64,000 bases of DNA from Patescibacteria group bacterium (GCA_040384705.1 JAZKIU010000001.1:229675-293674), one strand, 5' to 3'. Counted from the first letter of the stretch, positions 1 to 9,616 are shown. Made by a program: numbers and translations. Notes: a model not told the origin generated them from the sequence alone.

Positions 1-2
1 CG

Positions 3-182
3 TATGGTTCGGGCGCTACGTCGGGAGGAAGCAGCGGGAATAGTGGGAGCGGGGTGACCACTGCGTCTCCTCCGATCGAGCCCTCACCAGCAGCTACCAC
101 TACCGTAGATGCAGAAGAGCCATCAGAAGGATTCTTCCTGTCGCTCTGGCACCGTATCGTGCTGTTCTTCGACTGGTTCTAG
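3..182 (+). CDS. 3' end of a Gly/Ser/Pro-rich protein with an amphipathic C-terminus (partial)
   Basis: Manual translation YGSGATSGGSSGNSG...PSEGFFLSLWHRIVLFFDWF*; frame is open from the window edge; TAG at 180-182. Confidence 0.6.
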   Translation, partial: YGSGATSGGSSGNSGSGVTTASPPIEPSPAATTTVDAEEPSEGFFLSLWHRIVLFFDWF

Positions 183-493
183 ACATACGAAGCATAGGGT
201 TCGGGCTTTCGGTGAGCAGTCTTCCTCGGACGCTTGGTGAGAACCATCGAGCCAATGAACAGCCCTATGAAGAACGAGAGGAGCGAGAACCCGATCGCGT
301 GGGGCATGAGGCTCGCGAAGAGCCATAGCCACCCCGCTACGAAGAAGTTGGCCATTCCCCATACTACGTTCAGGAGGGAACCCGAGGTCTTCCGGAAGGG
401 GGTTGGGTGCTCCTCTCCCACGATGCCTTTCACGAAATGCGGGACGCCATTGGCGAGGACGAGCCCGGCAAGAAGATAGAGGAGGTATGCCAT
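179..493 (-). CDS. small membrane protein, 3 TM
   Basis: Hydrophobic segments; LANGVPHFVKG and HPTPF-like motifs. Confidence 0.7.
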   Translation of the reverse strand: MAYLLYLLAGLVLANGVPHFVKGIVGEEHPTPFRKTSGSLLNVVWGMANFFVAGWLWLFASLMPHAIGFSLLSFFIGLFIGSMVLTKRPRKTAHRKPEPYASYV

Positions 494-580
494 ATCCAGG
501 AAGCATTACGCATGAGGCATGAAGCGAGGGTGAACCGCAGCCATGGCGGAGCGGTCGTCGCTCGTGATAGGCTGTGCGCA

Positions 581-913
581 ATGAATCGCCGCTATATCCT
601 GTTGCTGGGAGCCCTTGGATTGGCGGCGCTTCTTCTTATAACGCCCGTAATCCTTCCGCCCGCGACCGATGCTATCCCTGAACCTGTTGCGAATCAGGGG
701 ATGCTAGCGGAAACGTACGTACGTGAGCATATCTCCGAGCTTTCGCCTCTTCCAGAGGTTCTGGGCGGCACGTTCTATGTAACCTCTATTCACGCTGATT
801 CCGGAGCGGGAATCGTGTCGTACGAGGACGGGCACAACGCGTATACGGCTGATTTCCGGTATGCAAGCGATTCCGGTAAGATAACCGTCACCTCCTTCGT
901 CATCAGGAAGTAG
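581..913 (+). CDS. hypothetical membrane-anchored protein
   Basis: Start moved to MNRRYILLLGALG (TAGGCT -10 lies 7 nt upstream); N-terminal TM; ISELSP..VLGGTFYVT..YEDGH domain. Confidence 0.7.
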   Translation: MNRRYILLLGALGLAALLLITPVILPPATDAIPEPVANQGMLAETYVREHISELSPLPEVLGGTFYVTSIHADSGAGIVSYEDGHNAYTADFRYASDSGKITVTSFVIRK

Positions 914-982
914 CTGGCCGAACGCCCCATTCGGCCTCGTTCACGAACGATTAAGATTCAATACGCCAGACTAGCTCTATAT

Positions 983-1609
983 ATGTCACGCACCACAATA
1001 CTCATACTCATTGCCGTCGCCGTCCTATTCCTTATAGCCGCTGGCATCGCCATGTATCGTCTGGACGCCGATAGCAAGCGCGAAGTCGTCAATCAGTATC
1101 GCAGTTCGATGTTCACTCTTTCGTACCCGCTCGAGCTCGAGCTCGAGGAATCCTCGAATAGCACCATCGCCATCGGCTCTACCACGCCCCTGGGGTTCGA
1201 TGCCGCGGTCGTGGCCCATATCATTCCGCTCGAGTTCGTAGGCGATGCGACATTCGATTCGCTGGTTGAGGCGGAGCTAGTACGTCTTTGCACAGCCGAC
1301 AGCGCGACGGAGCGCGTGAGCTGCCCGACGATCGAATCGTCCAGCTCGCATGAGACCGCGGCAGGGGAGAGCGCAACCGAGTACTACCTCACGCTCGCGA
1401 GAACGAGCATCGCCACTGGCGAGACGGTGACCGAACGTTTCGGACCGATATATGTGTTCCCGGTATCGGCTGCGAAGGAAGAAGGAGAAGGTATCGATAT
1501 CTCCGCTCTCGTGCTGCATACCCCTCTTCCAGCTTTCCTCGAAAGAAGGGCCGACGGCGTGCTCCTGAGCTATATCACGGAGAAGCTCACTCGAGGCCCG
1601 AGGCGATAG
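983..1609 (+). CDS. hypothetical membrane-anchored/secreted protein
   Basis: 208-aa ORF with N-terminal TM helix and a Cys pair. Confidence 0.7.
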   Translation: MSRTTILILIAVAVLFLIAAGIAMYRLDADSKREVVNQYRSSMFTLSYPLELELEESSNSTIAIGSTTPLGFDAAVVAHIIPLEFVGDATFDSLVEAELVRLCTADSATERVSCPTIESSSSHETAAGESATEYYLTLARTSIATGETVTERFGPIYVFPVSAAKEEGEGIDISALVLHTPLPAFLERRADGVLLSYITEKLTRGPRR

Positions 1610-1675
1610 CCCCGTCCCCACCTGCCCTCCCGGCGGCACGGTACAATGAAAGGGTTATCCCATTAACCTATAGAC

Positions 1676-2101
1676 ATGCGTAACCTATTGAATTGCACGT
1701 GCAGCGATAAGTTCTCATCGCTCGCTCCGTTCCTGCTTCGTGTCGTCGTGGGCGCTATCTTCCTCGCGCACGGCTGGCAGAAGCTCTCGGGAGGGGTGGA
1801 CGGTACCGCTGGCTTCCTCGGCTCGCTCGGCTTCCCGGCTCCTGAGCTCTTTGCGGTGCTGCTCATCGCGGCGGAAGTCCTTGGCGGTGCGTTCCTCATC
1901 CTCGGTCTCTTCACGCACTGGGCGGCGAAGGTACTCGTCATCGTTTCCGCGGTCGCGCTCGTTTCCGTGCACCTCACGAAGGGTTTCTTCGTTGCAAGCG
2001 GCGGATACGAGTTCATCCTGCTCATCCTCGTGACCGTCATCTCAGTCATGATCACGGGCCCGGGACGGTGGTCCTTGGACTCCACGCTTAGGAAGCGCTA
2101 A
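1676..2101 (+). CDS. DoxX family membrane protein
   Basis: LLRVVVGAIFLAHGWQKL, AEVLGG, GGYEF, GPGRWSLD motifs. Confidence 0.9.
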   Translation: MRNLLNCTCSDKFSSLAPFLLRVVVGAIFLAHGWQKLSGGVDGTAGFLGSLGFPAPELFAVLLIAAEVLGGAFLILGLFTHWAAKVLVIVSAVALVSVHLTKGFFVASGGYEFILLILVTVISVMITGPGRWSLDSTLRKR

Positions 2102-2114
2102 GTCCTGTATCGAA

Positions 2115-2144
2115 GAAAAGCCCCGCCCAAGAGCGGGGCTTTTC
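2115..2144. terminator. intrinsic terminator
   Basis: gaaaagccccgc-ccaaga-gcggggcttttc. Confidence 0.8.
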
Positions 2145-2191
2145 TCATGTGACTCGGGTGTATGCTTATTGCAGGACAGAGGGAGACGGCA

Positions 2192-2476
2192 ATGGATACA
2201 AACAAGCTGGTATTCGAGCAGTTCGGTCCCGACATAGGCAATGGTCGGAGGCAGTACGACATCCGCGTCGAAGCACATTCGCTAGCGACCTTCCCAGAGA
2301 CAGACGTGCTCAAGGGGCTGTATGAGTATTCTTCCATCGGGGCTCCGGGTAGTGAACTCATCGTAGTACGCAGGAACGGTGTCGCGATGATCGTAGAGAT
2401 GCCTGCTCGCCTACAGGACTACCAGGTGCAAGCGTTCGTGCGAGCCGTCGAACGAGAGACGTATTTCACGGGGTAA
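2192..2476 (+). CDS. hypothetical protein (ORFan-like)
   Basis: GGGAG SD before ATG (MDTNK...); hairpin follows the stop. Confidence 0.6.
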   Translation: MDTNKLVFEQFGPDIGNGRRQYDIRVEAHSLATFPETDVLKGLYEYSSIGAPGSELIVVRRNGVAMIVEMPARLQDYQVQAFVRAVERETYFTG

Positions 2477-2509
2477 AGAGCGGCTGCACGTAGCCGTTCT
2501 TATCATTTC

Positions 2510-3841
2510 CTAGTACACGTCGCCGAGCATCGGGAGCGAGAAGAGCTTCGGTCGCTTCTCCGCCTTGAAGAGCGAGGCCGGGCGGTACTTCGACATGCTT
2601 CCGATACCACTCCCGTCCGCGGATTGCTTCCGTGCCTTTACCGACTTCGCGCTCGAGCCAAGGTATATCGTGTCGCGGCCGTATTTCTCGGTGAGCTCGT
2701 CCACGTGCTCGAACAGCTGCGAGACCGCGTCATTACGGCCCGGCACGCTGAATATATCGAGCTGCTCGGGCTTCGCCTCGCGCAGTCCTGTGAGCGTGAT
2801 GCCGGTGGTGCGGTACCTGGTTCCTGTGCGATATACCTTGGCGAAGAACGGTTCGAGCGCATGGAGTATCTCGCCCGGGACGCTGGTCGGGCGGGGGAGC
2901 ACGAGGGTGTGCGTGCGATAGCGGAACTCGGATGACTTCAGGAAGAAGGAAAGACCGGTCGCGATGAGGTTATACCGTCTGGCCTTGCGGCACGCTCCCT
3001 CGATGTTCTTGGAAAGCTCCGAATACAGAAGCGAGGCGTCCGCGCTCGCCGGGCTGAAGGTCCGGGTCCTCTGTATGGAATGGTAGTCATCTTTCGTCTC
3101 GGTTACCAAGGGGAATACGAATTCACCGTTCAGCTCCCGCCACAGCTCGTGGATTGGTTTCGTTACCCGAGCACGCACCCATGCCTCGTCCTTCCGTGCG
3201 AGTTCGAGCGCGGTAGAGACGCCATGCTTGCGCAGCAATGCGCCCGTGTTCGGCCCAATGCCCCACACCTTTTCCACCGGGACCGTGGTCAGGAACTGAT
3301 CCTTCCCGAGAAGGGGAATGGCGGTGAATCCGTCGGGCTTCCTATAGTTGGAGCCTATCTTCGCGAGAACCTTCGTGCAGGAGAGCCCGACGGAGAACGT
3401 GATGTCGAGCTCCTGGAACAAATCCTTCTTTATTGAAAGCGCTATTTCCTCGTACGACTTGTTGAGCGTGCGACGGAGCCCGGTAATGTCCCCGAAGCAT
3501 TCATCGATACCGTATTCCTCTACCTCGGGTGTATATCGCCGCATTATCTCGTACATGCGGAGCGAGTAGAGGGTGTAGAGCTGATAGTCGGAGGAGATGA
3601 TGATCGCGTCCGGGCATATTTTCTTCACGTCCTTGAGCGGCACGCCGCGCGTGATGCCGCGGGCCTTCGCTTCATAGGTCGCAGCCGACACGATGCCGCG
3701 TTCCTTGCCGGTTACGACCGGTTTCCCGCGAAGCGATGGGTCCCGTGCCACCTCGCATGCGGCGAAGAAGCCATCGCCGTCGACATGAACGATCGCTCGG
3801 GGATAGTAGTAATTCTTACCCCACCCGACTTCGGTTGGCAT
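2510..3841 (-). CDS. dinB: Y-family DNA polymerase IV (DinB/UmuC-like)
   Basis: IVHVDGDGFFAACE, ATYEAKARG, GIDECF, KPDG, VWGIG motifs; QLDIF clamp-binding motif. Confidence 0.92.
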   Translation of the reverse strand: MPTEVGWGKNYYYPRAIVHVDGDGFFAACEVARDPSLRGKPVVTGKERGIVSAATYEAKARGITRGVPLKDVKKICPDAIIISSDYQLYTLYSLRMYEIMRRYTPEVEEYGIDECFGDITGLRRTLNKSYEEIALSIKKDLFQELDITFSVGLSCTKVLAKIGSNYRKPDGFTAIPLLGKDQFLTTVPVEKVWGIGPNTGALLRKHGVSTALELARKDEAWVRARVTKPIHELWRELNGEFVFPLVTETKDDYHSIQRTRTFSPASADASLLYSELSKNIEGACRKARRYNLIATGLSFFLKSSEFRYRTHTLVLPRPTSVPGEILHALEPFFAKVYRTGTRYRTTGITLTGLREAKPEQLDIFSVPGRNDAVSQLFEHVDELTEKYGRDTIYLGSSAKSVKARKQSADGSGIGSMSKYRPASLFKAEKRPKLFSLPMLGDVY

Positions 3842-3947
3842 AGGAGAAGTTCCAGAAACGACGAGTCGGCTTCCGGGACACGCGGCGGAGCACGCGCTCG
3901 AAGCTACCGAGCTGATAGAGGGCGGGGGACATGGTTCGGGTAGTCAT
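3816..3947 (-). CDS. 43-aa basic peptide between lexA and dinB
   Basis: MTTRTMSPALYQLGSFERVLRRVSRKPTRRFWNFSYANRSRVG*; starts 11 nt after the lexA stop and overlaps the dinB start. Confidence 0.45.
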   Translation of the reverse strand: MTTRTMSPALYQLGSFERVLRRVSRKPTRRFWNFSYANRSRVG

Positions 3948-3958
3948 AGTTGTGGTGG

Positions 3959-4525
3959 TTAGTATTTGCGCACGACGGCGGTGACAACGGCTTCTATTGA
4001 AAGTTCTCCCTTGGGGTAGATCGGCTTGTACGCGGCGTTCGCAGGCTCGAGGAAATAGGAATCGTTCTTCTTGCGGAGATACTTCATCGTGTACTCGCCC
4101 TCGATTGATGCGATGACTATCTGGCCTGGCTTGTAGGTAGGATGGCGTTCGACAATGACGAGGTCGCCCGGACATATTCCCGCATCTATCATCGAGTCGC
4201 CCTTCACCTTGAGGATGTAGCTCGATTCCTTGTGCGGTGTGAGGTATTCATCGAAGTCCATGACGTCGAGGAGCTCCTCTTCTGCGGGCGACGGGAACCC
4301 GGCCTCGACGAGGCCGAGAAGGGGGGCACCTCGCATGAGCCTGCCGGGAATGATATGTCCTTCGCGATCCTTCTCGACGACGCCCGCCTCCACTAGCTTG
4401 CCTATGAGCTTGTACACGGCGTTCTTCGATTTGAAGCCGGTAAGCGCCATAAGCTCCTTGTAGCCCGGCATGCGCTTATGCCGCTCGTAGAACCCCGTTA
4501 CCTTCTTCTTGTACTCATCGAGCAT
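3959..4525 (-). CDS. lexA: LexA/UmuD-like S24 self-cleaving repressor
   Basis: N-terminal wHTH (MPGYKELMALTGFKSKNAV), AG cleavage site EAGFPSPAEE, catalytic Ser (GDSM) and Lys (TMKYL); start moved to MLDEY. Confidence 0.88.
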   Translation of the reverse strand: MLDEYKKKVTGFYERHKRMPGYKELMALTGFKSKNAVYKLIGKLVEAGVVEKDREGHIIPGRLMRGAPLLGLVEAGFPSPAEEELLDVMDFDEYLTPHKESSYILKVKGDSMIDAGICPGDLVIVERHPTYKPGQIVIASIEGEYTMKYLRKKNDSYFLEPANAAYKPIYPKGELSIEAVVTAVVRKY

Positions 4526-4531
4526 AGTTTC

Positions 4532-4560
4532 AGTATAGGTGAACTCTGGTTCACCTGCAA
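4532..4560 (-). promoter_or_regulatory. lexA promoter with SOS box
   Basis: TTGCAG-17 nt-TATACT; palindrome AGGTGAAC-tctg-GTTCACCT (4537-4556, GAAC-N4-GTTC core) occupies the spacer. Confidence 0.85.
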
Positions 4561-4640
4561 GGAAACGTGGGGATAAGCATTCATCCATCCTTAATACGCC
4601 GCCTCGTATGGTGTCTTCATACTCGTAAGCACATCCATAT

Positions 4641-4820
4641 ATGGCCGACCCAGACCAGCTCCGTGACGATGCTGACCGTGCAGAAAGCGATGCCGCCGAG
4701 ACCGCAGAACAGCTTCGCCAAGCAGCGGAAGCAGCAGAAGCTGCTGAAGAAGCAGAACGACAAGCACGGGAGGAACGGGAAGAAGCGGATAGGCAGGCAG
4801 CTGCTGCGAACGACGGTTAA
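4641..4820 (+). CDS. 59-aa acidic Ala/Glu-rich helical peptide
   Basis: Manual translation MADPDQLRDDADRAESDAAETAEQLRQAAEAAEAAEEAERQAREEREEADRQAAAANDG*; terminator follows. Confidence 0.65.
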   Translation: MADPDQLRDDADRAESDAAETAEQLRQAAEAAEAAEEAERQAREEREEADRQAAAANDG

Positions 4821-4832
4821 TCTCTAGATAAG

Positions 4833-4868
4833 AAGAAAGCCTCGGCACCTTAGTGCCGAGGCTTTCTT
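4833..4868. terminator. bidirectional intrinsic terminator
   Basis: aagaaagcctcggcac-ctta-gtgccgaggctttctt between convergent genes. Confidence 0.85.
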
Positions 4869-4878
4869 TACGAGTGAA

Positions 4879-7800
4879 TTACGCCACCGGAGCGAGAGGC
4901 TCGTCCTCCTTCGCGAAGCGCGCCTTCACCTCCTTGCCCGGCCAACGATGGTAGAGGACCGGGATGAGGATGAGCGTGAGTACCATGGAGAAGGAGAGGC
5001 CGAACATGATGGCGACCGCGAGCGGTCCCCATATCGCGGAGGCGAACGAGAGCGGGATCATACCGACCACGGTCACCACCGTGGTGAGGATGATAGGGCG
5101 GAAGCGCGATGAGGCCGCTGCGACCACGACATCGGTGAGCGTCTGGTTCGGATTGCTGCGGCCGATACGCGCGATCGAGTCCATGAGAATGATGGCGTGA
5201 TTGATGATGACGCCCGCGAGCGCGATGACGCCGAGCATGGACGGAAGCGAGAGCGCGGCTCCCGTGAGCATGAGGCCGAACAGAACGCCGATGAGCGAGA
5301 ACGGGATGATGGAAAGGAGATAGAAGGAGTGGCGGAAGGAGTTGAACTCGAGCACGAGGATGCCGAGCATGAGCGCGGCTCCGGCGAGGAGCGCGAGGCC
5401 GAGCTCCGCGAACGACTTATTCACGTCCTCGCTCTCGCCACCGATCTTCAGGTGCACGCCTTCAGGAAGCTGCTCCGCTTCGAGCTGCTTCTGGAACGCT
5501 TGGGATATCTGTATAGGATTCGCGCCGGTAGCGGCGTCCGCGGTGAGTGTCGAGATACGTGTCCCGTCCTCATGACGGATGACGGTGTTCGCTGGTTCGT
5601 ACGATATCGCAGCGATGGTGCCGAGCGGCACAGGGCCGCGCGTTCCGGGAACGGTGAGCTCACGCACCGCGTCGATGGTGACGTGCGTGGTTTCGGAAGG
5701 ATCGCGGTATGCCGGATTGAGATCGAGGCGCGTGCGCACTTCGATATCATCGTCTCCAGTGCGTATGTCGGTCGCCTTCGCGCCATAGAGCGCGGTACGG
5801 AGCGTGTCCGCTACCACGAGCGGGGAGACACCCTGCTCTGCCGCCTTCGCGGTATCGAGCTTCACCACGAACTCCGCACTATCGTCCCTCGTGCTCGTGT
5901 TCACGTTAGTCGCGCCCGGTATGGTTCCGAGGATACGTGCGCCTTGGTCCGCAGCTTCGGTAAGCGCGATGAGGTCATCGCCCTCGAAGGTGACGGAAAC
6001 TGCTGCGGACGTTGGAGGACCCCCTGACGGCTCGGACACGGTGACGCGCGCCGATGTGATAGGGCGCATCTTCGCGCGCAGCTCATCGACTATCTCCGCG
6101 CTCGTCTCCTTCCTGTCTTCCTTATCAACCAGGTTCACGGTGATATTGCCGGCGCGACTGCCTGAGAGCCCGCTCTGCGCGAAGTAGCTACCCGAGCCCA
6201 CCTCGGTCACGAAGGACTTGATGCGTGCATCGCTATACAGGAGTTCCTCGACCTCGCGTACCGAGAGATCGGTCTCCGAAAGTGCTGTGCCCTGCGGCTT
6301 CTCCACCTCGACCGTGATGATGCCGGAGTCCTCCCCTGGGAAGAAGACGACCTTCACCGCGCCGACCATAGGGAGGGCGAGCGACACGACGAGCAGGAGC
6401 GAGATGCCTATGAGGAAGCGGTTCTCTTTCTTCTTGTCGCCGAGAATGCCGCGAAGGACACGTTCGTACCATTCCTTGGCACGCTTGTTGTATTCCTCCT
6501 GGCGCTGCTCGAGCTTCGAGAGGGAAGGGCGGATGATGTACATCGACAGGAGCGGAACGAACCCGAGCGCCACGAAGATGGAGGCGAGAAGCACGAAGAT
6601 AACGGTGTAGGGAATCGATGCGAGGTACTTACCGACGATGCCCGAGATGAAGAAGAGCGGGACGAACACGGCGATGGTTGTGAACGTACCAGCGAACAAA
6701 GGCCATGCGTATTCCTTGATAGCAGCGCGCGCGGATTTCTCCTTATCGCCGTTCTCGACGAAATGCGTATGAATGGCTTCCACCACCACGATGCCGGAGT
6801 CCACGAGGATACCGATGGCGAGGATGAGCGAGAAGAGCGATATGAAATTGATCGTGTTGCCCGACGCCGCGATGCCGATGAACGCGATGAGGAAGGAGAG
6901 CGGGATGGAGGCTGCCGCTGCGAGCGACTCGCGCCAGCCGAGCGTGAAGAAGAGCATGAGCATCACGAGCGCGATGGTCTCGAGGCCGACGTTCGTGAGC
7001 TCGGTAAGGTCATGCTGCACGTCTTCCGACGCGTCGTACGAGATGACGGTCTTCGTTCCTTCAAGCGTCGTGCTCTCGAGCTCCTTGAGCTTCTCCTTCA
7101 CCTTGTCGCCCATCTCGACGACGTTCCCGCCGCGGCTCTTGAATACGGATATGGAAAGCGCGGGCGCTGACGGCGCACCTTCAACCGAGACGCGCGAATG
7201 GGTGACGGCATCCTCAAGACCATCGACCACCTTCGCGACATCGCGGACATGGAGCACGCTACCGGAAGGCCCCGCAAGCGCGATATTCCCGACCTGCTCG
7301 GTGCCTGAGAGTCCCGCTTCAAGACGGACCGCGTACGCGATGTCGTCGACGGTGATGGAGCCGAGCGGGGAGGCGACGCCCGATGCGCGTATCGCGTTTG
7401 TGACGTCGGAAAGGGAAAGTCCGTACTGACGGAGCTTGGACTGCTCGACGATAACGTCCACCTGGCGCTCGCGGACTCCTGAAAGCGCGACCGAAGAGAC
7501 GCTCGGCACGCGCTCGAGCTCGTCCTTCACTATGGTGCCGACCGCAGTCAATTCCGCAGGGGTGAGCTCGCCCGCGATCGAAGCGATGATTATAGGCTGG
7601 TCCGCGAAGTTCACGTCGGTGACCGAGGGATCCTCGGCTTCGGTAGGGAGCTCAGGGCTCACCTTGTCCACCTCGTCCTTGAGGAGCTGGATGGACTTGT
7701 CGATATCAGCCGACGCCGCGAACTCGACCGTGATAGAAGAGACGCCCTCGCCGGAAGTGGAAGTCACCTTCGTAACGTTCTCCACGCCCAGTACCCGGTC

Positions 7801-8007
7801 CTCTATCTTATTCGTGATGAGGCGCTCTACGTCCTCGCTCGAGGCGCCCGGGAGGACGGTGGTGACGATACCGATAGGTATTTGTATCTCTGGAGAGGAT
7901 TCCTTCGGAATGGCGGCCGCGGCATAGGCGCCCGCAAGGATAAGCACCGCCCCCATAAGGATGGTGAAGTGGTGCTTATGGATGAAGAAGAGCCAGAACT
8001 TCGTCAT
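4879..8007 (-). CDS. RND efflux transporter permease (AcrB/AcrD/AcrF family)
   Basis: 1042 aa; PGASSEDVE, GILVDSGIVVVE, RFRPIILTT motifs. Confidence 0.93.
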   Translation of the reverse strand: MTKFWLFFIHKHHFTILMGAVLILAGAYAAAAIPKESSPEIQIPIGIVTTVLPGASSEDVERLITNKIEDRVLGVENVTKVTSTSGEGVSSITVEFAASADIDKSIQLLKDEVDKVSPELPTEAEDPSVTDVNFADQPIIIASIAGELTPAELTAVGTIVKDELERVPSVSSVALSGVRERQVDVIVEQSKLRQYGLSLSDVTNAIRASGVASPLGSITVDDIAYAVRLEAGLSGTEQVGNIALAGPSGSVLHVRDVAKVVDGLEDAVTHSRVSVEGAPSAPALSISVFKSRGGNVVEMGDKVKEKLKELESTTLEGTKTVISYDASEDVQHDLTELTNVGLETIALVMLMLFFTLGWRESLAAAASIPLSFLIAFIGIAASGNTINFISLFSLILAIGILVDSGIVVVEAIHTHFVENGDKEKSARAAIKEYAWPLFAGTFTTIAVFVPLFFISGIVGKYLASIPYTVIFVLLASIFVALGFVPLLSMYIIRPSLSKLEQRQEEYNKRAKEWYERVLRGILGDKKKENRFLIGISLLLVVSLALPMVGAVKVVFFPGEDSGIITVEVEKPQGTALSETDLSVREVEELLYSDARIKSFVTEVGSGSYFAQSGLSGSRAGNITVNLVDKEDRKETSAEIVDELRAKMRPITSARVTVSEPSGGPPTSAAVSVTFEGDDLIALTEAADQGARILGTIPGATNVNTSTRDDSAEFVVKLDTAKAAEQGVSPLVVADTLRTALYGAKATDIRTGDDDIEVRTRLDLNPAYRDPSETTHVTIDAVRELTVPGTRGPVPLGTIAAISYEPANTVIRHEDGTRISTLTADAATGANPIQISQAFQKQLEAEQLPEGVHLKIGGESEDVNKSFAELGLALLAGAALMLGILVLEFNSFRHSFYLLSIIPFSLIGVLFGLMLTGAALSLPSMLGVIALAGVIINHAIILMDSIARIGRSNPNQTLTDVVVAAASSRFRPIILTTVVTVVGMIPLSFASAIWGPLAVAIMFGLSFSMVLTLILIPVLYHRWPGKEVKARFAKEDEPLAPVA

Positions 8008-8014
8008 GCGTTCG

Positions 8015-9616
8015 TTACGGCGCGATGGTTACCTTCTGGCCTGCGGCGAGCCCGCGTGCGTCGGTGACGATGCGTAGCTCGAGCGGGAGGTTGGTGCGCA
8101 CCTCTATGCGGTCACCACGGACTTCGAACACCTCGACTTCGTTCGCGATGAGCGCGCCCTCTGCGTCGACGGTGAAGACGATGCGCTTGTCGCCTGAAAG
8201 CTTCACGGCCGAAAGGGGAAGGAGTGCGGGGCCTGCAGGGACGCCGACCTCTTCCTTCTTGGGTGCCTGGTTCGGGAGTGCGATACGTACCGACTGGCCG
8301 TTCACGATTCCTCCTGCGCTCGCCGCATCAACGGCAACATGCACTTCTATGAGCTTCGTGGTTGGGTCAAGCGCTGGAGCTATGGAGGTCACGATGCCGG
8401 GGATGTCGTCCTCGACGGTGACCTTGGTGCCTGCGGCAAGGAGCGCGCGGTCGTCTTCGCCCACATATGCCACTATCTCGAGCGCGCCGTTCTGGGCAAC
8501 GGTCGCGACGTGCGTGAACGCGGTGACATAGTCACCGACGCGTATAGGAAGGAAGTTCACCTGGCCGCCGATAGGAGCGCGTACCACGGTCTTCTCGAGC
8601 TGCGCCTGCGCGGCTCGGAGCCCGCCGAGCGCGGTCTTCACCGACGCGTCCGCGCTCGCGACCTCGCCGCTGCGTGAATCCGTCTGGTGGCCCGCTACCG
8701 CTTCGGCGGCCTGTGCCGCACGTAGCGCATCGCGCTCTGCCGATAGCGTCGCGAGGAGACCATCGACGTCCGCGCGAGCCGCCGCAAGGTTCGCTTTCTG
8801 GATAGCGGTCGCGCCTGAGCTAGCAGGGGCAGCGATACGGGAAAGGTCTACGAGAAAGGCTGATGTGCGGTTCGTGATACGTTCCGCCTCCGCAAGCAGC
8901 GCTTCAGGATTCTTGGTGCTTGAGGTATCGAGTGCATAGCGCCACGCCTGCATCTCATCACGACGGAGCGCGGAGAATTCACTTCGAACGCTCGCGTTGG
9001 AACCCCCCGAGATGTTAAGCACCGGACTTATGGATGTGCCGCTGAAGAAGCTCTGCGCCTCGTTCGTCAAGAGGCTATCAAGGGTCGTGTACGCGGTGCG
9101 GTACGTGTTACGCGCAGAGGTCTCCGCTTCCTCGAGGGATTCCTCGGTATTAGCTGCTTGGACCTGCGTGATGGAGCGCGCAGCGAGCGCGCTTTCGTAG
9201 GCTCCCTCGGCCTGAAGGACCGCAGCCCGCTCGCTCGAGTTCTCGAGGCTTGCGATGACATATCCAGCAGGAACGTTCCCGCCAAGCTTGGCGTTCACGC
9301 TCCGTACGGTCCCTCCTGACTGCGCGAGGACGTCTGCTTCCGTTATCGAGCGCACGGTACCGAGGATGCTGACGGAATCGCCCTGTCCTGAAAGCTCACC
9401 CACGGTCGCGAGCGTGACGGTGCGGAGTTGGTTACCAGCATCGTGCGCGCCATCCTGACGCAGGAGCGTGATGCCCGCTATGAGGAGGACAGCAAGAAGG
9501 ATCGCGAGAGCGATCTGCTGCCACTTCTTGAGGCCGCGATACCGACGCCACGAGGCAACGGAGAACGCGCGAGTCCGAAGCGCCGTACGGCGTAGAAAGT
9601 TGATGAGAGACTGCAT
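8015..9616 (-). CDS. RND periplasmic adaptor (HlyD/MFP family)
   Basis: N-terminal TM, lipoyl halves, long coiled coil, KTVVRAPIGGQV; directly upstream of the permease. Confidence 0.88.
   Translation of the reverse strand: MQSLINFLRRTALRTRAFSVASWRRYRGLKKWQQIALAILLAVLLIAGITLLRQDGAHDAGNQLRTVTLATVGELSGQGDSVSILGTVRSITEADVLAQSGGTVRSVNAKLGGNVPAGYVIASLENSSERAAVLQAEGAYESALAARSITQVQAANTEESLEEAETSARNTYRTAYTTLDSLLTNEAQSFFSGTSISPVLNISGGSNASVRSEFSALRRDEMQAWRYALDTSSTKNPEALLAEAERITNRTSAFLVDLSRIAAPASSGATAIQKANLAAARADVDGLLATLSAERDALRAAQAAEAVAGHQTDSRSGEVASADASVKTALGGLRAAQAQLEKTVVRAPIGGQVNFLPIRVGDYVTAFTHVATVAQNGALEIVAYVGEDDRALLAAGTKVTVEDDIPGIVTSIAPALDPTTKLIEVHVAVDAASAGGIVNGQSVRIALPNQAPKKEEVGVPAGPALLPLSAVKLSGDKRIVFTVDAEGALIANEVEVFEVRGDRIEVRTNLPLELRIVTDARGLAAGQKVTIAP

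Noticed and set aside
4567-4848. Lys/Gln-rich ORF 4567-4827 and the antisense Leu-rich ORF
   Set aside because: Better explained as alternative frames of the acidic 4641-4820 gene
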